DNA of 64,000 bases from Candidatus Bathyarchaeota archaeon (GTDB lineage: Archaea > Thermoproteota > Bathyarchaeia > TCS64): contig CAVYLP010000004.1 of NCBI GenBank assembly GCA_963769425.1, positions 128,001 through 192,000 of the forward strand. Direction: 5' to 3'. This document shows positions 1 to 10,728 of this stretch, one piece after another. Position numbers and translations under genes: made by a program. The notes beneath the pieces were generated by a model. It was given only the letters and a program-made list of their open reading frames with translations. It searched no databases and had not been told where the DNA came from. How positions within the stretch are numbered: the first letter of the stretch is position 1; every line of letters starts with the position of its first letter.

Positions 1-508
1 TCGGCGAGGTCCACCCTGAAGCCGTTGACGTAGCTGACCTGGCTCACCTGAACGAGTCTCGTCCTGTCGTCGACGAGCTTCTCGAGGTCGGATGACGTCG
101 AATCTGCCGTCCCTCGGCTTCCAGACGCGGGACTCGACGCCGTCGCGGCTCGTCGTGTAGGTATCGAGGGGGTTGTGCTCCCACTCTGGGAAGACGACGT
201 TGTCCCCCTCCTCCCAGTCGGTGCCGTTTATGACTATGTTCAGGCCGCTGCCCGTGCACATCGTGTAGGCTATCTCCCGGGGGGAGGCGCCGATGAATGA
301 GGCTATCATCCCCCTGACGGTCGTCGCCTTCTCCAGCCATCCGTCGAGGATGGTCCGGTTGCCCAACGTCGAACCCGTACCACTCGTCCGCCCAGCGGTC
401 GTATCCCTCACTGACCTGCTTCGGCATGAGCCCGACGAAGGCGTTGTCTAGGTAGACCCACTCATTTAGGACGGGGAAGTCCGCTCTTATCTTCGCTATG
501 CTGACCAT
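1..508 (-). CDS. Aminotransferase class V / cysteine desulfurase-like PLP enzyme (runs off window; frameshift near 350)
   Basis: N-terminus IRADFPVL..VYLDNA; after a frame change it continues ..IASFIGASPREIAYTMCTGSGLNIV..GDNVV..EWEH, typical of the family. Confidence 0.75.
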
Positions 509-586
509 TACCCACTACGGATGACTCGGGGTATTTTACATGTGGCGCCGATAACCCTAAACGATCAAACGGGGGAATCAGTGAAC

Positions 587-1072
587 ATGTCGAAGCGGTT
601 CCCGGTAACGCCAGCCACCACCTACCTGGACAAGCTCGGGATAGTCTACGAGAAGCACAGCTACGACTACCAGAGGAAGGGAAGCGACGTCGCAGCTGAG
701 GGCCTCGGCGTCGGACTACACGACGTAGTTAAGACGCTCATAATGCAGAGGGACGACGGCGAACCCATCGTGGTCCTCCAGCACGGGGACATGGAGGTAG
801 GGCTCAAGGACCTCGCCCGCCAGATCGGGGCGAAGAGTGTTCAACCCTGCGATGTGAAGGACGCCCAGCGCCACACGGGGTACCTCGTCGGCGGAATAAG
901 CCCCTTCGGCACGAAGCGCCAGATGCCCGTCTACGCCGAGGAGACCATTCTCCAAATGCCAAAGTTTTACATAAATGGGGGACAGCGCGGCTTCATCCTC
1001 GAGATCACCCCCGCGGAGATACAGAAGTCGCTCAAGATCACGCCTGTGAAGGTTGCTCGGGCGCAGGGTTAA
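587..1072 (+). CDS. ybaK: YbaK/EbsC aminoacyl-tRNA deacylase (Cys-tRNA(Pro) deacylase-like)
   Basis: TPA..YL, VVKTL, TGYLVGGISPFG, INGGQRG motifs; ATG at 587 is the likelier start. Confidence 0.85.
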   Translation: MSKRFPVTPATTYLDKLGIVYEKHSYDYQRKGSDVAAEGLGVGLHDVVKTLIMQRDDGEPIVVLQHGDMEVGLKDLARQIGAKSVQPCDVKDAQRHTGYLVGGISPFGTKRQMPVYAEETILQMPKFYINGGQRGFILEITPAEIQKSLKITPVKVARAQG

Positions 1073-1213
1073 GACCGAGTCTCGAACGCGTGCCCTCATC
1101 CCAGAGTCAGTTAACAGGTCAATCGACCAGTTTTCCCATCTCAAACAGGACGACCTTCACCCAGTCCAACCGAAGATGTAATATCCGTCTAAGTGGACCT
1201 TAACCGGAATCCC

Positions 1214-2650
1214 ATGGCGGACATCTACATTCGGAACGGTTACCTGCTCACGATGAGGGGTGATGGCCTCGGCACGATCGAGGATGGCGCCCTCGCCGTC
1301 GAGGGGCAGGAGATCGTGGCGGTCGGTAAGACCGACGACCTCGACAGGAAGTACCGCAACTCTGAGAGGGTCATAGAGGCTAAGGGGAAGGCGGTCCTCC
1401 CCGGCTTCGTCGATGCCCACATCCACACAGGGCACACCATCATACGCGGCGAGGCGCAGGACGTCCCCGAGATAGAGTGGATGCTCAAGACAATGGCCCC
1501 CTTCAGCAAGTACATCAAGCCCGAGCACAGTATAGCAGGCGGTGCCCTCGGCGTCATCGAGGGCGTTAAGAGCGGCGTCACCACCTTCGGCGAGATAGGC
1601 GTCAACGAGGGCCACGTCGCGGAGAAGGTCTTCGTCCCCGCCGGCGTAAGGGCAAACATCGCTGACACAATAAACGAGATTGGGCCCAACAGCCGCCCCG
1701 ATGCGAACAAGCTCTATATCTTCGACGAGTCCCTCGGCGAGCAAAAACTCAAGGCGGGCATCGAACTCGTGGAGAAGTGGGACGGCGCAGGGGACGGCAG
1801 GATAAGCTGCATCTTCTCCCCCCAAGGGGCGGACATGATGAGTAAGTCGCTCCTCCTTCGCGTCAAGGAGGAGGCGGTGAAAAGGGGAAAGCTCTGCCAC
1901 ATACACGTCGCCCAGGGGGCGCGCGAGGCCATACAGGTCAAGCTCAGATATGGCACAACCTCAATCAAGTACCTCGACTCCATCGGCTACCTCGACGACA
2001 ACATCATAGCGGCCCACTGCCACCAGACGACGGACGACGAGGTCGCCATACTCGCCAAGAGGGGGGTACGCTACATCAGCTGCCCCGCCAGCATAGCCCT
2101 CATCGACGGCATAGTCCCTCCACTCGCACTCTTCCGGCAGCAGGGCGGGAGATATGCGGGCCTTGGCAGCGACCAGGCCCCCGGGAGCACGGGGCATAAC
2201 ATGCTCGTTGGGATGAAGACGGCAGCTCTCCTCAACAAGGTACGCCACAGGGACCCGACGGTTCTCCCCGCTTGGGAGATGCTCCGAATAGCCACGATAG
2301 GCGGAGCCAACGCCATAGGACTGGGCGACAAGATAGGGAGCCTCGAAGTAGGGAAGAAGGCCGACATTATCCTAATGAATTTGAGGGTCCCCCACATGGT
2401 CCCCATAATCTCCAAGCCGGTCCCAAACATAGCCCCCAACATAGTATACTACAGTAGGGGTGACGAGGTCGAGGACGTGATAGTAAACGGCGGCTTCGTC
2501 GTCGAGGGTGGCAGATGCGTGACCCTCAATGAGGAGGAGGTGATGGAGCGCGCCCAGAGGGCGGCGGACGAGATAACAGGGAACGCTGCTGACGACTTCA
2601 TGGCGGCCGACGGCTACCTTGCCAAGGCTGTTAGAAAGGGGTTACTCTAG
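1214..2650 (+). CDS. Amidohydrolase, MtaD/SsnA-like metal-dependent deaminase
   Basis: PGFVDAHIH, HIHVAQ, AAHC, GLGSD, GSLEVGKKAD motifs. Confidence 0.85.
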   Translation: MADIYIRNGYLLTMRGDGLGTIEDGALAVEGQEIVAVGKTDDLDRKYRNSERVIEAKGKAVLPGFVDAHIHTGHTIIRGEAQDVPEIEWMLKTMAPFSKYIKPEHSIAGGALGVIEGVKSGVTTFGEIGVNEGHVAEKVFVPAGVRANIADTINEIGPNSRPDANKLYIFDESLGEQKLKAGIELVEKWDGAGDGRISCIFSPQGADMMSKSLLLRVKEEAVKRGKLCHIHVAQGAREAIQVKLRYGTTSIKYLDSIGYLDDNIIAAHCHQTTDDEVAILAKRGVRYISCPASIALIDGIVPPLALFRQQGGRYAGLGSDQAPGSTGHNMLVGMKTAALLNKVRHRDPTVLPAWEMLRIATIGGANAIGLGDKIGSLEVGKKADIILMNLRVPHMVPIISKPVPNIAPNIVYYSRGDEVEDVIVNGGFVVEGGRCVTLNEEEVMERAQRAADEITGNAADDFMAADGYLAKAVRKGLL

Positions 2651-2717
2651 TAGCCTATCGTCTCTTTTGATTATTTCATATAAATAAAGACGATGAGTTA
2701 TTTCTGAATAAAAAAAC

Positions 2718-2800
2718 CTATCCCCAGATGTTACACTGAGAAAAATGTTATAAATCATAGATGCAGTACGATACCGAAGAACCGGCTCTTTGGGAGAGAT
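2718..2800 (+). repeat. Diverged copy of the 60-64 kb intergenic repeat
   Basis: Ordered matches CTATC..TGAG..TTATA..TAGATG..ATACCGAAG..CTTTGGGA to the copies at 60241 and 62689. Confidence 0.5.
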
Positions 2801-2809
2801 GCTACAGCG

Positions 2810-3187
2810 TTGGTTCTGAACTTCAAGGGGTACGACCCCACAGAGGTAGGACTTAGAAAGTTCCTATCGATCCAGGAAACAGAGGTGCTAATGTGCCTCT
2901 GGGGTAAGGAGAAAAACGGGGCAGCGCCCGAGGAGATTAGAGTGCAGCTGGCCGCAGGGGGTTCCCCTCATAGCCCTGCGACTATTAAGAAGGCGCTCGA
3001 CGGCCTAGGGCGATGGGGTCTGGTGGAATCCAGGATGGTCGCCAGGAGCACGCCGAGGCTCTGCTACTTCGCCGCTGTGGATGAAGAGAAGGCGACGGCC
3101 CACCTCGTCGGGAGGTTCCTGTCCTCGGTGAAGGCCGCTCTACCCGAGGAGTTGGCGAGGGCGGCTAGGGAGCAGGGGCTCATGTAG
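2810..3187 (+). CDS. Winged-helix transcription regulator (BlaI/MecI/CopY-like)
   Basis: QETEVLMCLW...ATIKKALDGL..WGLV pattern; TTG start. Confidence 0.6.
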   Translation: MVLNFKGYDPTEVGLRKFLSIQETEVLMCLWGKEKNGAAPEEIRVQLAAGGSPHSPATIKKALDGLGRWGLVESRMVARSTPRLCYFAAVDEEKATAHLVGRFLSSVKAALPEELARAAREQGLM

Positions 3188-3602
3188 GCTTCGGTAGGTG
3201 CCTGGACAGTACCGCTTCGAGCCCGAGCCTACCGACGGCTCCCAGCTCCTGGTCGACCTGTTTTCCGCCATTGAAGAGTATGAAGTTGGGGATGCTCATG
3301 ACCCTGAAGCGAGCTTGAGTCGCCCTGTTCTGATCGGTGTTTATCTTCGCGAAGTAGGCTTCGCCGGCGTGATCTCTCGCCATTGCCTCCACCACCGGTG
3401 CCATGGACTTACACGGCATGCACCAGTCCGCCCAGAAGTCGACTAGGAGGGGACGCGTGGCACCTGCCACGGCTTGATCGAAGTTCGCGTCCGTGAGGAC
3501 GTTCACGATACCGTCCCGGAGGATGCTTTGCTTCGGTGGCGGGCTCATCATCCTCTCGAGCATCCGCCGCTTTATCTCCTCAAGCTCCCGGTCCTCGGAC
3601 AT
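3180..3602 (-). CDS. trxA: Thioredoxin
   Basis: LVDFWADWCMPCK, SIP motif, archaeal N-terminal DRELEEIKRR extension. Confidence 0.9.
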   Translation of the reverse strand: MSEDRELEEIKRRMLERMMSPPPKQSILRDGIVNVLTDANFDQAVAGATRPLLVDFWADWCMPCKSMAPVVEAMARDHAGEAYFAKINTDQNRATQARFRVMSIPNFILFNGGKQVDQELGAVGRLGLEAVLSRHLPKPT

Positions 3603-3636
3603 ACAGGGAGAGATGAGTAGAAGCTGGTAAAGAGAG

Positions 3637-4104
3637 TTACTTCTTTAGGAAGTTGGGGTTCGTGGAGTCGTACTTGTCGGCCTTAGCCTGGTCACCAGTT
3701 ATCTCCGTGAGCCACTTATCGGCTCCGTCCCTCTTCCAGTCCCCCGCCTTCGTGTGTGCCTTGATGTAGTTCGCGGGCATCGGGTGCGTCCCAACGATCA
3801 CGGGGAGGCCGACGACATTCTCTATGTACTTCTTGTGGTCCTCGATGTGGGGGCAAATGGGGTATCCGGCCAGGTAGCAGCTTGCGAGGAGGATGACCTC
3901 CGCGCCATACTTCTTCATGTCCGCGGGCGCCGCCTCGAGGCGCTCCCCGGGGCAGCCGCCACACGCCATCCAGCCAACGACTTCTATCGGCTCATCCTTC
4001 GGGTACTTGGCGAAGACGCCGTCCCTCTCGATCACCGACTTGAAGCACTTGTTACCGGTGCAGGTCCTGTTCCGGTCACAGATCATTATGCCTACCTTTA
4101 CCAT
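3637..4104 (-). CDS. CGGC-domain protein
   Basis: KVGIMIC..C.G.KC, CGGCPG, SC..CP, VGTH. Confidence 0.85.
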   Translation of the reverse strand: MVKVGIMICDRNRTCTGNKCFKSVIERDGVFAKYPKDEPIEVVGWMACGGCPGERLEAAPADMKKYGAEVILLASCYLAGYPICPHIEDHKKYIENVVGLPVIVGTHPMPANYIKAHTKAGDWKRDGADKWLTEITGDQAKADKYDSTNPNFLKK

Positions 4105-4149
4105 GCCTCATACACTCGGCGAGGTTGGAGATAATGCTTCCCCGGGAAA

Positions 4150-4473
4150 TCAGCCCTCTAAGCCCCGCCTGACGCGTGTGAGCAACTCCACCGAGGGCGA
4201 CGCGTAGGGGCTGATCCACCTCTCGTAGACCTCCCTAATCGGCACGACGTTGAGGTAGTTCCAGCGTAGCCTGCCCTCCCTTTTTACTATGACGAGCTCC
4301 GCCTTCTCGAGGACCCGGAGGTGTTGCATAACGGTGCAGCGGTCGAGGCCGGAGAAGTGTGCGCAGATGTCCCCGGTGGTCATGGGCTTGTCCCTTAGGA
4401 GATCGAGTATCTCACGCCTCCTGCCGTCTGCAAGCGCCTTGAAGACGCGCTCCTGCTTATCAGCTTCGGACAT
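4150..4473 (-). CDS. ArsR/SmtB-family regulator
   Basis: VFKALADGRRREILDLL..TVMQHLRVLEKAELV..REGR. Confidence 0.9.
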   Translation of the reverse strand: MSEADKQERVFKALADGRRREILDLLRDKPMTTGDICAHFSGLDRCTVMQHLRVLEKAELVIVKREGRLRWNYLNVVPIREVYERWISPYASPSVELLTRVRRGLEG

Positions 4474-4479
4474 CCACAG

Positions 4480-4505
4480 TATATGTTATAATAGTATAAC
4501 ATATA
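4480..4505. promoter_or_regulatory. Probable ArsR operator (11-bp perfect inverted repeat)
   Basis: TATATGTTATA-atag-TATAACATATA in the 57-bp gap between divergent ArsR and SRPBCC genes. Confidence 0.7.
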
Positions 4506-4530
4506 TATTGCTGTCGCCAACCATCAAGAG

Positions 4531-5019
4531 ATGAAGCTCAAGTTCCAGGTCCAGGCAAAGATACAGAAACCCTTAGCCGAGGTCTTTAACGCCGTCTATA
4601 ACCCCAAGAAACTCAGCGCATACTTCACCTCCGGTGGCTCGAACGGCCCACTCGACGAGGGGTGCACCGTCCTCTGGACATTCGCCGACATGGCGGGGCA
4701 GAGCGAGACCGTCCCCGTCAGGGTCCAGAAGACGATCCAGAACAAGCTCATCAGGTTCAAGTGGGCTGCGAGCGAGGGCATCTATGCCCCGGAGGAGGGC
4801 AAGACCCCCCACCCCGGCGGATATGACACGACAGTCGACATCACCTTCGAAGCCCTCGGAGAGAACGAGACGCTCGTCAAGATCATCGAGGGAGAGTGGC
4901 GCCCAACCGAAGACGGTCTACAGGGTTCCTACCAGAACTGCCAGGGCTGGACGAACATGAGCTGCTGCCTCAAAGCATATCTCGAATACGACGTCAACCT
5001 AAGAAAGGGATTCTTCTGA
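4531..5019 (+). CDS. SRPBCC/AHSA1-domain protein
   Basis: EVFNAVYNPKKLSAYF, IRFKW, T.V.I.E..W, GW..M..CLKAYLE. Confidence 0.85.
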   Translation: MKLKFQVQAKIQKPLAEVFNAVYNPKKLSAYFTSGGSNGPLDEGCTVLWTFADMAGQSETVPVRVQKTIQNKLIRFKWAASEGIYAPEEGKTPHPGGYDTTVDITFEALGENETLVKIIEGEWRPTEDGLQGSYQNCQGWTNMSCCLKAYLEYDVNLRKGFF

Positions 5020-5681
5020 TGGCTAAAACAAGGAACCACTACTACTCCGAGGAAGAACTTAGGAACATAGCCTCCGAGCTCACCTCCGCCGAGGCTGTGC
5101 CCGTCAACGTGGAGATCGAGGCGGAGCACAGGGTCCTCGACCTAAGCGAAGTTGACAAGATACTCAGGGACTCGGAGAACATCTTCCTGCAGGACTGTGG
5201 GTGCCGCAAGCTCCACCACAACTGCGACTCCCCCCTCGACACTTGCCTCGCCGTGAATGTGGGACCCGACTACGCGGAGAAGTGGCCGGACAACCACTCT
5301 CGCAGGGTCAACGTGGAGGAGGCCCTCGACGCGCTAAAAAGGAGTCACGAGGCGGGGCTCGTACACATGGCCTACGTCTTCAAGGGTGAGGAGAAGCCCC
5401 AACTAATCTGCAGCTGCTGCACATGCTGTTGCCACACCCTTGGCGGCATAGTCGACCATGGGATAACAACACAAGTCCTCACCTCGAAGTTCATAGCAGT
5501 GGACGATGAGTCGAAGTGCATCGACTGTGGGAAGTGCGCTGAGAGGTGTGCCCTCGGCGCTCGGCGCATGGTCGATGGTAAGAAGAGGTACGATAAGACG
5601 AGGTGTTTCGGTTGTGGGTTATGCGTCTCCACTTGTCCCAAAGGGGCCATAGGGCTCGTTGAGAGGAAGAGGCTAGACTAG
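5019..5681 (+). CDS. 4Fe-4S ferredoxin-domain protein
   Basis: CGCR, ICSCCTCCC, CIDCGKCAERC, CFGCGLCVSTCP; ATG overlaps the upstream TGA. Confidence 0.85.
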   Translation: MAKTRNHYYSEEELRNIASELTSAEAVPVNVEIEAEHRVLDLSEVDKILRDSENIFLQDCGCRKLHHNCDSPLDTCLAVNVGPDYAEKWPDNHSRRVNVEEALDALKRSHEAGLVHMAYVFKGEEKPQLICSCCTCCCHTLGGIVDHGITTQVLTSKFIAVDDESKCIDCGKCAERCALGARRMVDGKKRYDKTRCFGCGLCVSTCPKGAIGLVERKRLD

Positions 5682-6666
5682 CCGACCGCAGTGGTAAGTC
5701 CAGTCCCCAGGGTAGACCGTGGGCTGATACCTCGTGTCGAAGATCACCGACCTATATGGCACCCTGCATTCCTCAAGGACACGTCCCGCCGTATCCTTAA
5801 GGACGCCAAGAAGCGCCCCCTTCTCGACTACGGCGCCGAGTTCTATCCTGTTGTACATTACGCCGCCGTGCTCTGTCTTCGGCCAGCTGCTCCCGTCGCT
5901 GACTAGCTGCTCCGAGTCTGAGCCTACGGGCTCCTCGTTGATCATGCCTATGCCTATGAGGACATTCATCACACCCTGCACACCGGTCTCGACGAGATCG
6001 TCCCAGAGTCTGCCACCTCCGCCCAGCTCAGGGCTCAGTGTAGGTATCCCGACAAGCCCAGCCTGTATGCTCAGGCTCCCCATCATGCTTGGGCGGGTGT
6101 TTACGCCGCCGAGGACTGGCACACCCTGTCCGAAGAGCCTGTATAGCTTCTTGTTCTGATCCCCTACAAGCTTCTCCGTCTCCGGGGTCCCGCGGGCGTG
6201 TATGTACCTCGCCATGAATGCTCGGCCCCCCTCGTGGAGGTCGACGACGAGGTTGGAGCCCTTTGATCGCCTCGTCCCAGATGGTCGCCGCGATTCTCTC
6301 CATGAGCAGGCCCCTGTGATCACCGGGCCAGACCCTGTTCATGTTTAGGTTCTCGTATCCCATTGGTGGCGGCGAGGCACGCTCCGCAGAATTGAATGCT
6401 AGGGGATTGGAGACTGGAATGGAGGTTAGTGATCCCCTGAGCTCCTTCGGGTCCACCCCATCGAAGACCCTGTTACTGATCTCCATACCACCGTACTCGT
6501 CGCCGTGCTGGACTCCCAGCATTGTGGCCCTCGGTCCATCCCTCGCCCCGACGGCGACCCGGACCGTTAGCGATATCGGGGTACCATCCGCAAACTCGCC
6601 AACCTTCGCCTGAAACGTCTCGGTGGAGCCCCGAGTAACCCTGCGCCCAAAAACCGTTAGGGACAT
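5673..6666 (-). CDS. Succinylglutamate desuccinylase/aspartoacylase-family deacylase (frameshift near 6260)
   Basis: HGDE, NPLA, NMNRVWPG in ORF 6028-6666; VVDLHEGG, PELGGG in ORF 5673-6323. Confidence 0.8.
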
Positions 6667-6741
6667 ACAGATGATAGTTTCATACCCGAGGTGATAAAAC
6701 CTCGACGCCCTTAATTAGTTGATTCAGGGTGCTCTAAAGAT

Positions 6742-7288
6742 ATGGCGTCCTGGAAGAAGGTTGCGGAACTCGTCATGTTGCACAAGGAGGCGAGACCCGA
6801 GATGAGGGCGAGGGACGCCTACAAGTTCCTCTACCAGGGCGTCTTCGGTGTAGGGCATATAATGGGACCGGGTGCGTGGGACTACCTACAGAAGGAGACG
6901 ACAGGTATCGATCTCAACGACCAGCTAGGCGACCCACTGATGGAGAGCGTCTCCCTCGACGGCTCAGTCGTACGTGTCAACCTCCGACCCTATATGCGGG
7001 AGGGTTATCTCCTCAATTACCTGATGGAGGCGATGAGGAACTCGGAGGTAACAGGGTGACTCCGTCCAATTTGTGGAGATATGGGATGCTTTCGCTGAGC
7101 TCGTCTGGTCGGGGCAGCTAGACTTTGAACACAGTGAGGTAGACGCTATCAACACGAGTCTCGATAGGAACAACCCACAGCCTCAGCACCACACCCCCCA
7201 ATATCGGGAGGCCTACCACCCCGCCTACCGCGTCGTCAGGAGGCGGGAGATACTGAAGATACTCGGCCTCGAGACTTACCAGTTATAA
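6742..7288 (+). CDS. Conserved hypothetical protein (split by a frameshift near 7055)
   Basis: DAYKFLYQGVFGVGH..VRVNLRPY continues to HHTPQYREAYHPAYRVV if one G of GGG at ~7054 is removed. Confidence 0.65.
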
Positions 7289-7312
7289 CCTAGTTGGAAT
7301 TAATTATTCCCC

Positions 7313-8755
7313 ATGGCCAGCCTTGAGGGGATGAAAAGCGACGCGTTAAGCTGGATCGACAGGAACATCGATGTGATCATCGGAATCAGCGACAAGATAT
7401 GGAGCTACGCTGAGCTTGGCTTCGAGGAACACGATTCTTCTAGGCTCCTCTCTGGTGAGTTGGAGAAGCACAGCTTCAGGGTCGAGCGCGGCGTTGCAGG
7501 GATTCCAACTGCCTTCGTCGCCTCGTGGGGGTCGGGGAAACCCCTCATCGGCGTGATGGGGGAGTACGACGCCCTCATGGGCGTATCGCAGGAGAAGGTT
7601 CCCACGAGGGACCCAATCGTGGAGGGCGGCAACGGCCACGGGTGCGGCCACAATATACATGGTGCCTCCGGGATGGCGGGTGCCATCGCCGCGAGGTACG
7701 CCATGGAGAAGAACGATATCAAGGGCACGATCAGGTTCTACGGCACACCCGCCGAGGAGAGCGGCAGCGGAAAGGTCTGGATGGTCCGCGCCGGAGTCTT
7801 CGACGGCGTCGACGCAGTCCTCAGCCACCACCCAGGAGCCATGAACTACGCCCCCCTCGGAAGCAGCCTCGCAAACAACAGCGTCAAGTTCCACTTCCAC
7901 GGCAAGACGAGCCACGCCGCGGGGAGCCCCGAGCAGGGCAGGAGCGCCCTAGACGCGGTGGAGCTCATGAACGTCGGCGTCAACTACCTGCGTGAGCACG
8001 TCGTGCAAGACGCCCGGATGCACTACGTCATCGAGGCCGGAGGCGGCCAGCCCAACGTCGTCCCCGACTACGCACGCAGTTGGTACCTGATCCGCGCTCC
8101 CGAGAGGGATCAGGTTGACAGCATCTACGCACGAATCCTCAAGATAGCCGAGGGCGCCACACTGATGACGGAGACCACCTTCGAGGTCGAATTCCTCAAG
8201 GCCGTCTACAACAAGCTCCCTAGCAGGGCCCTAAGCGACCTCGTCGCCTCAAACATGCGCCTAATCGACGCCCCAAAGTGGAGCAGGGAGGAACTCGCCT
8301 TCGCGACGGAGCTGGGGAAGAGCGTCCCCGCCGAGCAGAAGCGGGACTCGCTGCGCAAGTCGAAGCGCCCCGGCTGGGAGAAGCTCGAGGGCGTCGTGAT
8401 GGATGATAGCGTACCCGACGCTTGGGACGAGGGGGACGTGAGCCACGGCTCCACGGACGTGAGTGACGTCAGCTGGAAGGCTCCCACGATGGAGTTTTAC
8501 ACCGCCACGTGGCCCCTCGGTACCCCGGGGCACAGCTGGATGAACGTCGCCGCCTCGGGCACCGGCATCGGGCACAGGAGCCTCATATTCGCCTCTAAGG
8601 TGATAGCTGCCTCTGCCATCGACCTCCTCACTAAGCCGGAGCTGCTCAAGGGGGCGTGGGAGGAGCAGAGCAGAAGGACGATGGGAAAGACTTACAGGAG
8701 CCCCCTGCCCCCCAATGCTAAGCCACCACTCGGGATGTGGGGGAAGAAGAGCTAG
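7313..8755 (+). CDS. M20 amidohydrolase, AbgB-like (p-aminobenzoyl-glutamate hydrolase subunit B family)
   Basis: GEYDAL, GHGCGHN, GTPAEE, GRSALDAVELMN, GSTDVSDVSW, PGHSW. Confidence 0.9.
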   Translation: MASLEGMKSDALSWIDRNIDVIIGISDKIWSYAELGFEEHDSSRLLSGELEKHSFRVERGVAGIPTAFVASWGSGKPLIGVMGEYDALMGVSQEKVPTRDPIVEGGNGHGCGHNIHGASGMAGAIAARYAMEKNDIKGTIRFYGTPAEESGSGKVWMVRAGVFDGVDAVLSHHPGAMNYAPLGSSLANNSVKFHFHGKTSHAAGSPEQGRSALDAVELMNVGVNYLREHVVQDARMHYVIEAGGGQPNVVPDYARSWYLIRAPERDQVDSIYARILKIAEGATLMTETTFEVEFLKAVYNKLPSRALSDLVASNMRLIDAPKWSREELAFATELGKSVPAEQKRDSLRKSKRPGWEKLEGVVMDDSVPDAWDEGDVSHGSTDVSDVSWKAPTMEFYTATWPLGTPGHSWMNVAASGTGIGHRSLIFASKVIAASAIDLLTKPELLKGAWEEQSRRTMGKTYRSPLPPNAKPPLGMWGKKS

Positions 8756-9393
8756 AGCTTGTAGACGTCACCAGGCTTCAGGATGACAACCTTCGTTGCG
8801 CCGCCGGCCTCCACCTTCTTCTTGAAGACCATCGGGTCCGTGTCCCAGATGTGCATCGGGATGGCGACCTTCGGCTTGATCGCGAGGACGAGGTCGGCGG
8901 CCTCGTCGTTGTCCATAGTGTAGGTGCCACCGGTGGCGCAGAGCATCACGTCGATGCCCTTCAGAGCCCTCAGCTCGGGGACGAACTCCGTGTCCCCGGT
9001 GTGATAGATGGTCTTACCCTCGGCGCGGATGAGGTACCCTACGCCGAAGCCCTTCGGGTGGAATGGGACCCCCGGGGCCCTCAACCTCTTCACGTTGTAT
9101 GCCCAGACCGCCTCGACCTCGACGTCCCCGACCTTCGTCTTCTCCCCGGGCTTGAGGGTGATCGGCTTCGCCCCCGCCTTCGCGCAGTCAGCCGGGGCGA
9201 TGAAAGTCGTCGAGGGACCGAGGGCCTGCCTCAGCTTGTCCTCCTTGCAGTGGTCCTGGTGGGAGTGGCTGACGAGGACGACGTCCCCCTTCGGCGTGTA
9301 CTCACCCTCATAGGGGTCGAGGTAGATCGTCTTACCCGCGGCCTTCACCATCCAGCTAGAGTGACCGAGCCATTTTATCTCCATAATACTCAC
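8752..9393 (-). CDS. MBL-fold metallo-hydrolase
   Basis: WLGHSS, SHSHQDH, YHTGDT, IPMH. Confidence 0.85.
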   Translation of the reverse strand: MSIMEIKWLGHSSWMVKAAGKTIYLDPYEGEYTPKGDVVLVSHSHQDHCKEDKLRQALGPSTTFIAPADCAKAGAKPITLKPGEKTKVGDVEVEAVWAYNVKRLRAPGVPFHPKGFGVGYLIRAEGKTIYHTGDTEFVPELRALKGIDVMLCATGGTYTMDNDEAADLVLAIKPKVAIPMHIWDTDPMVFKKKVEAGGATKVVILKPGDVYKL

Positions 9394-9429
9394 GTGGATG
9401 ACTCAGGCCGCGGGGATTTATCTCTCTTC

Positions 9430-10633
9430 TCATGCAGCGGGTTTGGACTCCCTGATTGTCAGATAGAGCAACCCAAAGGCGAAGCGGAGAACAGTCGTGA
9501 AAACGAGTACCATGCTTATCGCGGAGTAGTTGGTTGATGTGATGAACCCCTGGGTGATGGTGCCCATGAGATATGAGCCAAGGAAGCTTGAGACGCCGAC
9601 GGCGGTCACGCTGGCGGCTAGGTAGGTTGCCCTCAGCTTGGCAGGCGCGATGTCGATGATATAGGTCGACTGCCCGCACGACCACGCCGCCGTCGCGACC
9701 CCGACCAGCCCCTCTATGGCGATTATGTGGAGCCAACTGGTCGCGAAGGCGTAGCCGAGGGTGGAGACCGCCATCGCTACGCGGCTGAAGACTATTATTG
9801 GCCGCCTCCCGACCCTGTCCATCATCCTCCCGAAGATGCTCTGGAAGAGGACGCCGAAGCCTAGGTTCGAGACCGCCGTCGCGGCTATCTGCCAGACGCT
9901 CATCCCCAGCTTCCCTACGGTTATGTATGAGAAGAACGGCAACGCCGTCGCGGAGCCGGCGTTCCAAATGAATGTGATGATCAGGAATCGTCTCAGGTCA
10001 CGATCCCTCATGAGGGCGGCGAACTCGAATCTGCGCCTTCCCCCCACGGGGGGCTTCTCCTTCGTGAACGAGACTCAGAATGGCGGAGGCGAAGCTGGAG
10101 GCTGACGCGAGGAGGAGGAGGGCGGTGAATGATGCCTGTGTTCATCGGCCCCGTCTGGTTGAAGGCTATGATTAGCGCGGTCACCATCGCTGCGAAGCCG
10201 CCGATCTGGGCGACGGCGCTTATCCTCCCGATCACCTCGCCCCTCCCGACCTCCCCCGCGTAGTCGCCGATGAGGCTCCCCCAGGCAGGTGTCGCCATCG
10301 CGGTCGTCGCGCTGATCACGACGATTAACACGAGGAGCCAGAGGGGGGCGCCGACGAATGCGAGGGCGGCGAATGCTAACCCGCTCAGGACGCGCCCCGC
10401 GATGATTATACGTCTCTTCCCAAATGAGTCGGCGAGGTCACCGAAGACGACCTGCGGGAGGGCGAGCGCGATCTGCCTGCTCCCGTTTATGAGGCCCGAC
10501 TCCGCGACGGTTGCCCCCGCGGCGACAGCTATGGTGCCCGTGAACCTGTCGGTTATCGTGTCCGGGATGGACTGGGCTGCGCCCGCGAGGTAGAGTGCCC
10601 TCGACTCCTCAAGGTGCTCCTCGTCGCCTCCCA
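9430..10633 (-). CDS. MFS transporter (frameshifted near 10050-10140)
   Basis: Two hydrophobic halves with MFS motif A (GDLADSFGKRR; GRMMDRVGRRP). Confidence 0.8.
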
Positions 10634-10728
10634 TAGGTCCACCCCTGCACCACACAGATTATTTGAAGGTATCACCGCACCGCCTCCCAGAACCTTTTAA
10701 ATCCCCTCCCCCATCTTCTGTAGGCGCC

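Noticed and set aside
1157-1906. Long antisense ORFs (also 8737-9537, 34959-35927 and others)
   Set aside because: Shadow frames of well-supported GC-rich genes, with no motifs.
7057-7059. In-frame TGA as selenocysteine or readthrough
   Set aside because: The downstream part is in a different frame; removing one G restores the gene.
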